Source: Vicugna vicugna
Lineage: Eukaryota
NCBI GenBank assembly: GCA_013265495.1
Contig: MU058844.1
Span: 7,687,260 to 7,751,259, forward strand
DNA: 64,000 nt
Direction of reading: 5' to 3'
Shown here one piece after another: positions 1-11,725 of the stretch. Below the pieces are notes generated by a model, which searched no databases, was not told the origin of the DNA, and saw only the letters and a program-made list of their open reading frames with translations. Positions within the stretch are counted from its first letter, which is position 1; the number at the start of each line of letters is the position of its first letter. The position numbers were made by a program, and so were the translations under genes.

Positions 1-820
1 ATACCTTTGCTAAGTCCAACTAAGAACTCTGAACATAATATAAAACACAAGTTTAAAACGACTTTGAAAGGTAGAGAAAAGCCAGACTCACTAGGGAAAT
101 AGGGACACAAGGGGTGACACCTTGATGAGTTCTCTGCATTTTCTCTTTGCCTTCTAATATCACAAACTTGGAGCTGCAGAAGCCAGCAATCCACAGAATA
201 GGTAGAAAGTTACTATATTTGAAAAAGTAAGATGGGATTTATGTCTCTGACCAACATGGAGCATCAGGGACTGGATTTATCCTCCTGTCCGAAACCACAA
301 GAAAAATGGGCAAAATACAGGAAACAGTGATTTTTTAAAGACACTGGACATCAAGTGACAAAGATGCTTAAGTGTGCAAACACACACAGAGCTTCAAGGA
401 AAGCCTGTGTGTTCTAATGACAGAACAGAGAAAAGAGGCAGCCTAGTCAGACAAAAAAATTTTAGACAATAACTCTTCTACTCCAGCCAAACATGAAAGA
501 AAAAAACAAAACAAAACTGTGGTCACATATCACTGACTCCAGGAAAGGCTGAGTGCAGATCTAGACTTTTAACCTAGTCAGGATATAATGTCATCCCAGT
601 ACCCCATCCCTCCCAGGCTGGTGCCAGAGAAGCCCAGGTTGGAACCCAGGATTTTCATCCTTTTTAATATCTATTAAAAAGCTTCCACCCAAAGTGGTAT
701 CAATGAAAACCACCAGAGAAGCAGTAGCAAGAAACCCCTGTCTCTCTCTAGCAAAGGTGATACCAATGGGGGCCCAGAGGGGAGCCAGTACTCCCATTTA
801 CATGCAACAAGAGCTAGGAA
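1..820 (+). mobile_element. Old L1 (L1M-type) 5' region, decayed
   Basis: From about 245, gaccaacatggagcatcagggactggatttatcctcctg...ttttaaagacactggacatcaag resembles ancestral L1M 5' ends. Confidence 0.55.
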
Positions 821-823
821 ATA

Positions 824-844
824 TTTGTTTGTTTGTTTGTTTGT
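824..844. repeat. (TTTG)n microsatellite
   Basis: tttgtttgtttgtttgtttgt seen directly. Confidence 0.95.
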
Positions 845-1380
845 CAAGAGGTCATGGGGGAACCTTCACTTTAAGGTTCATCTCGCATAACAAAGTATTA
901 CCCTCTCCTTGCCTTATCTATAATGGTCCATGTTATGATCAAGGATTATAATTTGCAAGTAAAGAACTGAGACTTAATCTCAGACTGATCATAATTAACA
1001 AAATTGAGTAGAATCCATTTCCCAGTCTTATCTTGATGGAGGATCAACTTCTCTTTGTTCTCAGAACTGCTGTAGTAAGAGTGAATTAGCATGATGCAGG
1101 GAATCCAAAACCAGAGCATCCAAAACAATTCTGTTATACTTTAAATGCCTATCAGCATCTTCTTCCATCCATTCCCAAGTTTCAAAAAGATCTGTAGATC
1201 TTTATTACAGTATATTCTTTCTTAGATACCACTGGACCCTCTTTTTATAATTGTGGTGTCAGTCATCGAATCGCTTAGTGTTCAAATTATAATTTCAATG
1301 CTCCCTTAGTAGCCACTAACCCCAAAAATGTTTGTAATATCTGTGATTAGTAGGTCAAGTTCAATTAGTTATGATGTATA
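845..1380 (-). mobile_element. Gypsy (MamGyp-like) pol fossil: RT thumb, connection and RNase H
   Basis: Minus strand reads ITN*T*PTN..LQTFLG.SGY (cf. VTNWPRPTN..LRSFLGFSGY). The ORF 946-1128 frame reads ILHQDKTGKWILLNFV...TCKL*SLIITWTIIDK (cf. RNase H VLYQ...PVAFASR...HKLEFLALKWAVVDK). Confidence 0.8.
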
Positions 1381-3320
1381 ATTTTGTTCCTTTTTTATTG
1401 AGATATACATAATACACAATATTATATAAGTTACATGTGTAGAACAGTGATTCTCAAACTTTCTAAAGGTTATATTCCATTTATAGTTATAATAAAATAT
1501 TGGCTATATTTCCCATGTTATACAATATATCCTTGTAGCTTATTTAGACATAATAGTTTGTACCTCTTAACTCCCTACCATACTGCCCCTCCCCCATTCT
1601 CTCTCCCCACTGATGACCACCCTTTTGTTCTCTATATGTGAGTCTGTTTCCTTTTAGTAACAGTCATTGTTTATTTTTTAGATTCCACATGTAAGTGATA
1701 CCATACAGTATTTGTCTTTCTGTGTCTGACTTACTACATTTAGCATAATACCCTCCAAGTCCATCCATGTTGTTGCAAATGGCAACATTTAATTTTTGAT
1801 GGCTGAGTAGTATTCCATTGTGTGTATATGCAACATCTTTATCCATTCATCATTTGATGGGCACTTAGGTTGCTTCCCTATCTGGGCAAGTATAAATAAT
1901 GCTGCTACGAACATTGTGGTGGATGTATCTTTTTGAATTAGTTTTTTCTTTTCTTTTTTTCAGATGTATAACCAGGAGTGGGTATACAATTCCAGGAGTG
2001 GAATTGCTGAGTCATATGGTAGTTCTATTTTTAGTTTCTTGTGAAATCTCCATACTCTTTTCCACAATGGCTGCACCAGTTTACATTCTTATCTACACTG
2101 TATGAGGGTTCCCTTTTCTCCACATCCTCACCAACATTTGTTATTTTGGTCCTTTTTGATGATAGTCATTCTGACAAGTGTGAGGTGGTGTCTCATTGTA
2201 GTTTTAATTTGCATTTCTCTGATGATTAATGATGTTGAGCATATTTTCCTGTGCCTGTTGGCCATCTGTATGTCTTCTTTGGAAAAATGTCTATTCAGGT
2301 CTTCAGCCCATTTGTTAATCAGGTTGTTTGGGGTTTTTTCAATCTTGATTTGTATGAGTTGTTTATGTATGTTGGATTTTAAACTCTTATTGGTCATATC
2401 ATCAGCAAATATTTTCTTCCATTCAATAGTTTGTCTTTCCATTTGCTGAGGGTTTCCTTTCCTATGCAAAAGCTTTTAAGTCCAATTGGGTCCCATTTGT
2501 TTATGTTTGCTTTTATTTTTATTTCCTTTGCTTTAGGAGACAGTTCCAAAAAGATATTGCTTGTCAAAGAGTGTTCTGGCTATGTTTTCTTCTAGAAGTT
2601 TTATGGTTTCTTGTCATAAATCTAGGTCTTTAATTCATTTTGAGTTTATTTTTGTATATGATAAAATAAATTATTCTAATTTCATCCCTTTGCATGTAGC
2701 AAAATTAAAATACAGAATCTGTTGCATTTCTATATGCCAACAATGAACTATCAGAAGGAAAAATTAAGTAAACAAGCTCATTTACCACTGCATCAAAAGG
2801 AATAAAGTACCTAGGAATAAATCTATCTAAGGAGGTAAAAGACATGTACTCAGAAAACTATAAGACACTAATGAAAGAAACTGAAAATGACACAAACAGA
2901 AAGATATACCATGTTCATGGACTGGAAGACTTAATATTGTTAAATGACCATACAACACAAGGCAATCTACAGATTTAATGCAATCTCTATCAAAATACCA
3001 AGGGTATTTTCCATAGGACTAGAACAAATAACTTAAAAATTTGTATGGAAATACAAACGATCCCCAACAGCCAAAACAATCTTGAGAAAGAAGGACAGAG
3101 CTGAAAGAATAATGCTCCTAGACTTTAGACTATACTGTAAAGCTACAGTAATCAAGATAGTATGATACTGGTGTAAAAACAGACACATAGATCCATGGAA
3201 CAGAATAGAGAGCCCAGAAATAAACCTACACACTTATGGTCAAGTAATCTATGACAAAAAAGGCAGGAATATCCAATGGAGAAAAGACATTCTGTTCAGT
3301 AAGTGGTGCTGGGAAACTGG
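1381..3320 (-). mobile_element. 5'-truncated L1 with 5' inversion (3' part on minus 1381-2700; inverted ORF2 part on plus 2701-3320)
   Basis: ORF 2128-2469 is L1 ORF2 C-terminal sequence ([20 protein letters not shown]). 2701-3320 is plus-strand ORF2 ending at a KWCWENW-type sequence. tgtata plus a T run flanks both ends. Confidence 0.92.
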
Positions 3321-3334
3321 TGTATATTTTTTTT

Positions 3335-4520
3335 AGAGTTGGTTCTCAATAAATACCTATGTATTAGCCATACCTATATCTAGAGACATCTTAAATCTAT
3401 ATATTATGAGGAAGCTAGCACCCATAACAGCTTTGCTGTACTTTTTAAGTATCATATTGAGAATATATTATTACATAAATAGTAATTCCAAAAATTCATA
3501 TCTCAAAATTAAATTAATAAAATTTAGATTAATAAATTATGAGGCAGCTGTGTTGGTGGTGGTAACAGAAGTTTTTGTTTTCTTGGTTGTCCTCACTAGC
3601 CATTGGGCATCTGCTAAAAATCACTTAAGTCCAGCATTCACTACTGGTTCCCAAGTAAAGAGTTCAAGGCATCTTGAATTCAGGGTACGATGAGTTCATT
3701 CACTTTGTCTGAACTCTGTTTTGCCTGAATCTTTTTCCTGTACCACCATCAATGGAGGTGTCACTGATAAACTGCAAATTTTCAATGTGCATCTTCACCT
3801 TCTGGGTTCCAGATAATGCAATATCCCTAGAGTTCTCCCCAGGTTTCCTGGGTTTATTCAACTCTATCCTGTATTCTCTCATGAAAAAGAGAAGACATTT
3901 CTCCTGGCTTGGAGTTTCTTACATAGATTTTCCTTCCACCCTGAATACTTAAGGGAGCTTCTAAAATCAGTTTAAGGTTTTATACAGGAAATACTCTAGG
4001 TACAACCTATGATGAGAGAGAATTAGGAAACAATGGCTAGTCTATCTGTTCTGCCTCTCTTGCATTTGTACACAGAATGTAGAAAGAAAGGGTATCCAGT
4101 TATTGGATGCCTTCCTGCTGGTGACAGAGTTGAGCCAGCATTTAAAAAATAATGTTGGAATTCAATGTAATCAGAACTGTCTACACTTCTGAACTCTTTC
4201 CAAGTCTGGGCATATAAGTGTGGTAGTATCTACCTACTGAATGCTGCTATTATCTGGCAAGGAAATTCCAATTAAATGATATCATTACCTAGATATGGAT
4301 AGGTTTCAGAATTTCAGCATAAAGAAAGAGAAAAAAGAAAACAAAATAAAGCCAAAATCTAAGCCTGGAGCTGTCTCTCATGTTTTTCAAACATACTGCT
4401 ATCTGAGACCACCAAGTTTCTTCCCTGTCACCATACTGCTTCACTGCCTGGGTCCACAATAACCAGTCAAGGTAGTATACCTCATGTGTGTTCCTAAGCT
4501 CTCTGAAGACATGTAACAGT
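3335..4520 (-). mobile_element. Gypsy pol fossil: protease and RT N-terminal half
   Basis: VIVDPGS at 4443-4463 (protease DTG-like site); WKENLCKKLQARRNVFS at about 3890-3938; EYRIELNKPR...KVKMHIENL (ORF 3700-3882); PPLMVVQEKD; VP*IQDALNSLLG...LDLSDF*QMP.MASED at about 3590-3690 (cf. VPRIQDALDSLLG...LDLRSGYYQIPMAEED). Confidence 0.82.
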
Positions 4521-6235
4521 ACTGTTGGAACTTATATGCGTTTTGATATATTCTCATCAACACTGGTAGGTTTGGATCTTGGCTAGTGTCATTTCCACAT
4601 GCCCTTGTAGGGAATATTTTTTACCCTCTCAGCTTGCCTTCAGCTTCTGCCTTTCTTTCTTTCCTTGATCAGCCTTAATAACTAAAAAAGTTGTGGGGAG
4701 AAGGGGAGCAATCATTCTCTAATTACACTAAGACAGAACAATCTACTTGGAAAAACTTGAGCCTGGAACCAGTCCAAAAAACATTTGAACTCATATCCGG
4801 ATTCCGCAGCCTTTCAGGTTGTAAAGAACTATTCTCCCCCAGCATTCTGGGAAGTTGTTAAGAAATTAGCTAGAATTGCCCTCCAGCTCTCTATTCACTA
4901 AAATGCCCACCTGAAGGCATTTACACGTTCTGTCACAGTCACTGACTTGTTTGTTTTGATTTGTGTTGGTCTGTCCTGGCATTCAAGCACAGAGTTTTCT
5001 AACTCTGATACCTCCGTATCTAGCAACAACTCAGTAAGATACCCTGGGTCACAATTTTACAAGTCCCTGTCCTGATGCTAGGGTAGAACTTCCTGAAAAT
5101 TCCAGCTTTTGATCACAGTTTCTTCCAGTAAGAGAGGAAATAAGTATCCTGATGCTGAGATACATTCACCAGTTTGACAAAGTGTTTTCTGCTCTCCAAA
5201 TGACCTGCCTTGAGGCTCTCTCCCTTTTTAAAGGAAATGCATCGGGAAGAAAACTGACCACTTTTTATTGAATCCCTGACTAGCTTCCAACAAACTCTTT
5301 TTAAATAGGCTAGCACACAAGGTAGATAATTAATTGCACAGAAACCACTCCCTTCAGTACAGCCTTCCTAAGTACCCACGTCTAATATGATTTTAATGAA
5401 GTTTTCAACATCCCATAGATCCTATTCACAGTTGGTCATTATGTCTAACACCAGAAATGTGAGTTTCAAATTGATCTTCATCCCTATGCATTATTCCTAT
5501 ATGAACTTGGTACTGAAGAAGCAAGGGGATGTATTTAATTCTCACTTAGAAGTACTGTTATACTTGTGAAGTAGTTCAGGTTTCACTCAAGATTTTTCTA
5601 TATTGAAACGTGGGCAGATGTGTAAATCACCTAAGAAGAAGATGGAAAGATACACCAAAAGAGACAGGGCTGACCACTTTTATCTGGCTCATTGCAAGAT
5701 TATATCTGTGTATGATGGAAGCATCCCTCCCTAAAATTAATGGGATGGTGCCAACTCACCTCAAAGATTATATTCAGCTAACTCTGAAGTTAGGAAAAGA
5801 CTTTTATTACGTGCCTACATTGCAGGTGGATTTACTTTCTCTCCATGTTTTCTAAATAGTACATAAGGTAGAATGTAGTACCAAATCATCATTCCCCTGG
5901 GACAATGGGATCGCACACGCTCTGAGATCCCTGTAGAGTCTGCCCACATGCATCACCCTCTACTCTACCACCTGCATCTTGGTGCTCCATTCTGACAATG
6001 CGATTCTCAAATCATCTTTTCCCAGTTGTTATACTGGAATCTCTAAGTCCATCCTGATTATCAGTTCTCATTCTAGTAGCCCACTGGGACTTCCTTGCTT
6101 TTGTCAGGTCCCTGCTCTAATGGAAGGAAGTCTGCTTCTGAACCCTGGCCCAGGGAAATGACAATGTCACCTGAAGAAAACCTTCTCAGTTGATCACTAC
6201 TAGTCTACCTGGATTGTAGGTATCGCCAGCGATAT
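4520..6235 (-). mobile_element. Gypsy gag fossil (PNMA/MOAP1-like capsid region)
   Basis: LR*VGTIPLILGRDA (about 5720-5765; cf. LRVFSG..P.PGE.AF) and VLRKAVLKGVV (5343-5375; cf. LLQKAVEKGAI). Lies upstream of the protease on the same strand. Confidence 0.55.
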
Positions 6236-6240
6236 GTAGG

Positions 6241-6620
6241 TGTGATGGTTAACTGTATGTGTCAGCTGGGCTAGGGGGTGTCCATATAACTGGTAAAATA
6301 TTATTTCTGGGTGTGTCTGTGATGGTGTTTTCAGAAGCAATCGGCATTTGAATTGGTCAACTGAATAAAAAAGATTACCCTTACCAATTTGGGGTGGGCA
6401 GCATTCAATTTGTAGAGAGCCTGAGTAAAACGAAAAAGCAGAGGAAGGGTGGATTTGCTTCCTACTTGAACTGGGACATCATCATCTCCAGTCCTTGGAT
6501 TTGGCACTGCTGGTTCTCAGGCCTTTAGATTTTGACTAGAATTATACCACAGACTCGCACAGGCTTCCAGCTAGGAGAGGGCACAATGTAGAACTTCTCA
6601 GCCTCTGTAATCACATCATG
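6241..6620 (+). mobile_element. MLT2 (ERVL) LTR inserted in the Gypsy gag
   Basis: Starts tgtgatggttaactgtatgtgtcagct...ttatttctgggtgtgtctgtga, the typical MLT2 5' end. Confidence 0.88.
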
Positions 6621-7450
6621 GTTTGTGGTATGTATCAATTTCTGTAAATATTCCTACCATGGACATTTTAAAGCTACCAATATGTCATTATTGAGTGCAG
6701 AGCTGTGCACTAGGGGCTAGCATGAGCAGATAACACTAGCTGAAGCCCACCTATCTAGATTACCCATGATTCTCTTCTCCATATTGGAACCTCTTTGTCA
6801 ATTATTTTTACTTGAACTATAAATGTGAATGGCTTGTAGATTTTGGAGTCCAACCCAATCCACCCCAAACAGAATGTCTGTGTGTGTAGGTAAATTTCCC
6901 TGTTCAAGTAGACCATCCACACACCAATTCTCACCATATGCTCAGCCCAACACCCATAACTACAGGTTTAGTGCCAGACCCTAATCCTGAATATTCCACC
7001 AGTACATCACTAAAGAACCGTAAAAAATAACAGGACAAAATCAAGAATACTAGAGTATATTCAGAGCCTTTTTATTTTAGGTCAACTAACTTTAAAGTAA
7101 GTTGATTACCAAACTACCAATTAATTGTTCCATACTAATAGAGTGAAGACAAATGACTATGTTATTAAACTATCAGAAGTACTCATATGAGAGGTTACAG
7201 GGTTTCAAATATTTTGGCTACCACTTGTCACTGCGTAGGCTAGCAGGTGGTCATATTTCTGAGCTTTGCAGTAAGTAGCCTAATTAAGGGCTCAGCTATT
7301 CTAGTGTAATTTGTCACTGACTCTCTCCAAGTATACTGAGCACTGAGTTGCTTTTCTCTGATATTATCTAAATTAAAAGTAAGTCAACAAGGACAGAACA
7401 TGTGAGCTGGCTAGCAAACAGGTTGAGTAGAACATTAAATCAACTAATTA
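6620..7450 (-). mobile_element. Gypsy gag N-terminus, leader, PBS and 3' end of the 5' LTR
   Basis: ENWC at 6921-6932, followed by THTDILFGV...LQAIH (PNMA-type N-terminus). Minus strand TGACA-AG-TGGTAGCC at 7230-7216. Confidence 0.5.
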
Positions 7451-7480
7451 AACAAATGGAATCCATCTGGTAAAACAAAA

Positions 7481-7586
7481 AGCATAGTATAGAAAACTGG
7501 TTAAGATCTAGACTTGCTGAGCCACAGATCTGTGTCTCAATCCTGATGCATCATCTGTACGACATTGAACAAGTTACCGAACATCT
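7481..7586 (+). mobile_element. MIR fragment
   Basis: agcatagtatagaaaactggttaagatctagac...aatcctgatgc...aacaagttac. Confidence 0.6.
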
Positions 7587-8000
7587 GCTGGCAGAGGCTG
7601 CCAGCTGATCATCATACCTACTTTTACCTCTCCTTTGTTCCTGGCTAGACCACCTCCCCCAACCTTTCTTGTAGATAATTGTGGCCATCTGACCAGTTCT
7701 TGCCAATGGAACATGAATAGACAAGCAACAGATGCTATTCTGGGGTTAAGGATTTTAAGAAGCCAGTATTCCTCTTCCATTTTCCTTTTTCAGTACAGAT
7801 CAAAATACAGATTCAGATGACAATAAATATGCTCAGGGATGGTGGAACAAACTGGACCAAGACTGGTTCCTGGAATCACCACAAGAAGAGTCTCCTCAAG
7901 AGAAAGGCCATCACGCTGACTTTTCCTTGAGGGCACTGTCATTGTCTTTGAACTTCAAGGTATCTATCTGTGACATCAGTTCAGCCTACCCTAATGAATA
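7587..8000 (+). mobile_element. ERVL-type LTR (LTR16-like)
   Basis: gtggccatctgaccagttcttgccaatgg motif; ends cagcctaccctaatgaatac. Confidence 0.6.
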
Positions 8001-8049
8001 CGTCATCTCTTTAAATGACAATACAATACCACTGCCTGACTTAATTAAT

Positions 8050-8470
8050 ATTCTCTTGATTGAGAGTGGCCAAACCCCACTGAAACTAGACTAAGCTAAA
8101 TGAGTATTTTCCATAATGAAGTGGTAGTCCAGGAAGACAGCTGGGTCTCAAGAGGCAATAGACACAACCAGGAAAACCATTTAAGATCTAAGAAGCCACT
8201 TTTTAAATCTCTCTCTTATCTCTGTAAATCTTCATTATTCTACCTTCCCCATGTAAATGTCACTCCACAGTTTCTGATTTTACACATCCATGTTCAAGAA
8301 AGTACTATATCTCAACAATTTCAAACTCGAGAAGATTGACTCTATTTGACCCATGTTGGGCCAAGTGTCCACCATCTGGCCGCTTTAGACCAAAACAATG
8401 AGATCACAAAATACTCACATCGTTGCCAAAGGCCCATTCCCATGGGCGAGCAAAGAGGGGCATTTCTTAA
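8050..8470 (-). mobile_element. Old MaLR (MLT1-type) LTR, decayed
   Basis: ttgattgagagtggccaaaccccactgaaactagactaagc resembles the reverse 3' end of old MLT1. Confidence 0.4.
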
Positions 8471-8637
8471 AGTTAAGAAGTTTGGGGTAAACAGACATCT
8501 CAAAAAGGTGAAGCACACTATTTCATGAATTATCACAAAAATTAAATAAAATGCTCCTGAAATCTTTAGCAAAGTTCCTTACACACAGTAAGAATTCCAT
8601 GTTACTTGTTACTCTTATAATTATTATTATTAGACAC

Positions 8638-9290
8638 TGTACTAGTTTTCTGTTGCCATAACAAATCACCACAAACATAGCAACTTAAACAGCATCCATT
8701 TATCATCTCACGGTTTCCGTGGGTCAGAAGTCTGGGCCCAGTGTGGCTCAGCTGGTTTCTCTTGTCCAGGTCTCAGAAAAACCAAATCAAGATGTTGGCA
8801 GAATTGTGTTCCTTTCTAGAGGCAGATTCTTGGAGGCACTTCAAAGTTCTTTTAGTCTGTTGGCAGAATTCAGTTCCCTGCACTCATAGGAAAAAGGGCC
8901 CTGTTTCCTTGAAGACTGCCAGCTATGGGCTGTCTATCTCCAGAGGCCTCACCCTGGTCCTTGCAGTTGGTCCCTGTGTCTCAGAACCAGCAATGGTGGT
9001 GCACTGACTCCTCCTCACTCGCACTCTCTGACTTCCCCTTCTACAGCATCTTTCCCGCCTTCTCTTCCACCCCATCTCTCTGTCTCCAGCCAGAGAAAAC
9101 TATCTGCTTCTCAGGCTCATGTGATTAAGCTGGGCTCACCCAAATCATCCAGAATAATCTTCTTACTGTAATGTTTATAGTGCTAATTACACCTTAATTA
9201 AATCTGCCAAGTCCCTTTAACCTGAAACATAACACTCAGGCTCCAGTAACTAGGGGATGAACATTTTCTGGGGGCCATTCTACCTACCCC
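8638..9290 (-). mobile_element. MLT1 (MaLR) LTR
   Basis: tgtactagttttctgttgccataacaaatcaccacaaac...ggggccattctacctacc. Confidence 0.88.
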
Positions 9291-9589
9291 AGAAAGACGT
9301 TAAATATTACTTCTCTGCACTTCTCAAATTTAGAAACTATGATAAACATATATGACTCAACTACCATTTACTTTTGAATAGTTCCAAAGAAATCTTGAAA
9401 CAAGTCATGATAAAAACATGATTATATTATGCAAGCATACAATGTGTTTGCTTTTGTATAGAAATGAGTTTCTACACATATATTTTAAAATTTATAATTA
9501 TTCTCTTTGCTAAGTAACATATACCCTGATTTATATATTCATTTCACAATTTTTTTTTCATGTGTTCACAATCTTAGGTGATGGAGGTA

Positions 9590-9960
9590 TGGTCCTAAAC
9601 AGCACAGTTTAGAATCCCGTGCCATGGAGGCACTTACATACTAGTACTGAGAGACAGGCAATGAGCAAGTTACACTTCAAATCAAGGTAATTTCAGATGG
9701 TGATAAAATAGTTTTGTGATGGAGAGGGCCCAGGCGGCTAGGTAGGTAGAAGGCAGCTCTATTTCAGATTGGCTGGTCAGGGCAGGTCTCCCTAAGGAGG
9801 TAGGATTTGAGCCTTCCAGGTAGAAGGTTCAGTAGAAGAATGTATCTGTGGGTATGGGAACCAGTTAGAAGTGCTGCGGCAACGAACTCGGAAAAAAAGT
9901 GACCAATGGGAGAAAGTTACTAGGTGAATTCACAGAAGAGGGCAGAGGCCAGATTACGTG
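9590..9960 (-). mobile_element. L2 fragment
   Basis: ccatggaggcacttacatactag...tttcagatggtgataa...ggtcagggcaggtctccctaaggagg. Confidence 0.7.
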
Positions 9961-11499
9961 CCTAACACTTTTAAATTCTAATTGTCAATATAGGTACCTA
10001 AAAATTGCAATCTGATTTTAAAGCTATAAAATAGCACATAAATAATCAGCTCAAACTGAACTTCACCAGGTTGGTCTGTTTGAGTACAATATTTTAATCA
10101 AATATAAAACAGTGAAAAGAAAGTTACGATGGATAATTTCACTCCAACATTCCTGAGCCCACCTAGTCCTATAAAATCATTCTTCTCCTTCTAATGTGAA
10201 GAGAACACACATTCTACACAAAAAAGATGTTTATGCCCCATCTCTAATGAGAGAATTAAGAATCCTTCATTTTCCTCACGACCTTTCCCAGGATCATCAG
10301 CTTATGTTTTTTCAAGCCAGTTTGCCCTAATTTATTGCTTCTGCCAAATATTAATCTCACTTGTATCTGTCTTCTGACTGCTTTTTACTCCCTCTTTATT
10401 GAGAAAAAGAATCCATTTTCCTTAATTTTCTTCAAATGGACTCTCAATTCGCACCCCCCCAACAATAGTGACATGTAATTGTAACAGACATTATTTGCAG
10501 GAAAGAAACAGGAGTAATATTGCAGCTACTTCAAACTTCATAATGGTCATCGCTGTTCCCAACGATATTGGCCATTCCTATCTCGGGGGTAGGGGCATTC
10601 ATACTGTTCCCTTAACCTTTAACAGTGCTGCAGTCTGATTTCTTCTCTCCTCTTCTATTACCTTAGTCCCTTTCCCAGGATTGTCACAGGAAACTCCAAA
10701 TCAACTCCCTCATAGCCAGCATGTCACAAGAGTACCTCAAGATTTTTCCTTAAATGATATTTGTCTTTAACAGAAATTCTGCTGTTTGATTAAATTTTTT
10801 TCTCTTTGCCTTAAAAACTAAGAAGACATTTTTGAAAGATATAGCTAATTTATTTTTCCTTTAGGCACTGATTTTCTTCATTATGCCATACCTCCCTCTC
10901 TCACACACACACTTACTGTGAAAACACGCTGTATAAATGCAAAGACAATGATAATCACTATTCATAGTTTTCTGTGATATACCAGAATTCATCTGTAAAA
11001 TGATCTATCACTGAGAGATGGAAAGAATGAGAGCTATTTAAAACCTTAGAAGGAAAAGGGATTTAGTTACAATGTGTAAAAGTCTTTATTTTATTCAGCA
11101 ACCCAACTTAAATATGGCATTGTTAAAAAGGCTGTATTCAAATTTTCAGTGAATAGAGATCTAAATTTAATTAATCTGTTGGCTTGAAACTTTTATAACT
11201 TTTTATCATTCTTACAGAGTCCTAAAATATGGTCTATAAGCAGCCTTTGACTTTTTTGTACATTCAAACCATATGTCTCTTGTTCAGATTCCCACTTTTT
11301 TAACATTTAACATTAACATAGTCTAATGCCTTAAATACCTTGAAAAACCTCTGAATTCTGACTCTTATAAGTCACATGATAAACACCTCAAGTTGTCAAA
11401 TGATGGTTCTGTCTGCCAATCAACACAGTAATTCAAATGCTGTGACCATGTTTCAGAGAAATGCATGTTTAAATAATTTATGGAACTCCATCATCATTT

Positions 11500-11725
11500 T
11501 GATAAGGGACAGTATAAAATTAACGCCCTGCTCTGTCTGGGTATTAATTCCGGTTCTGTCATTTACTAGTAAGTTACTTCACTTTTTTTGTCCTTCAGTC
11601 CCCTCATCTGTTAAATGGTCAATAATTCATACAGTTGTGTAAGAGTTCAATGAATTAATATAGCTAAAGAAATTCTTAGGTCAATGTCTGGCATGCAATG
11701 GTATTTAAAAGGATTAGCTATTAAG
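11500..11725 (+). mobile_element. MIR
   Basis: taagttacttcac...cagtcccctcatctgttaaatgg (MIR core). Confidence 0.8.

Noticed and set aside
5546..5630. Minus-strand exon-like segment with a strong acceptor
   Set aside because: Stops in all frames and lies inside the Gypsy gag fossil.
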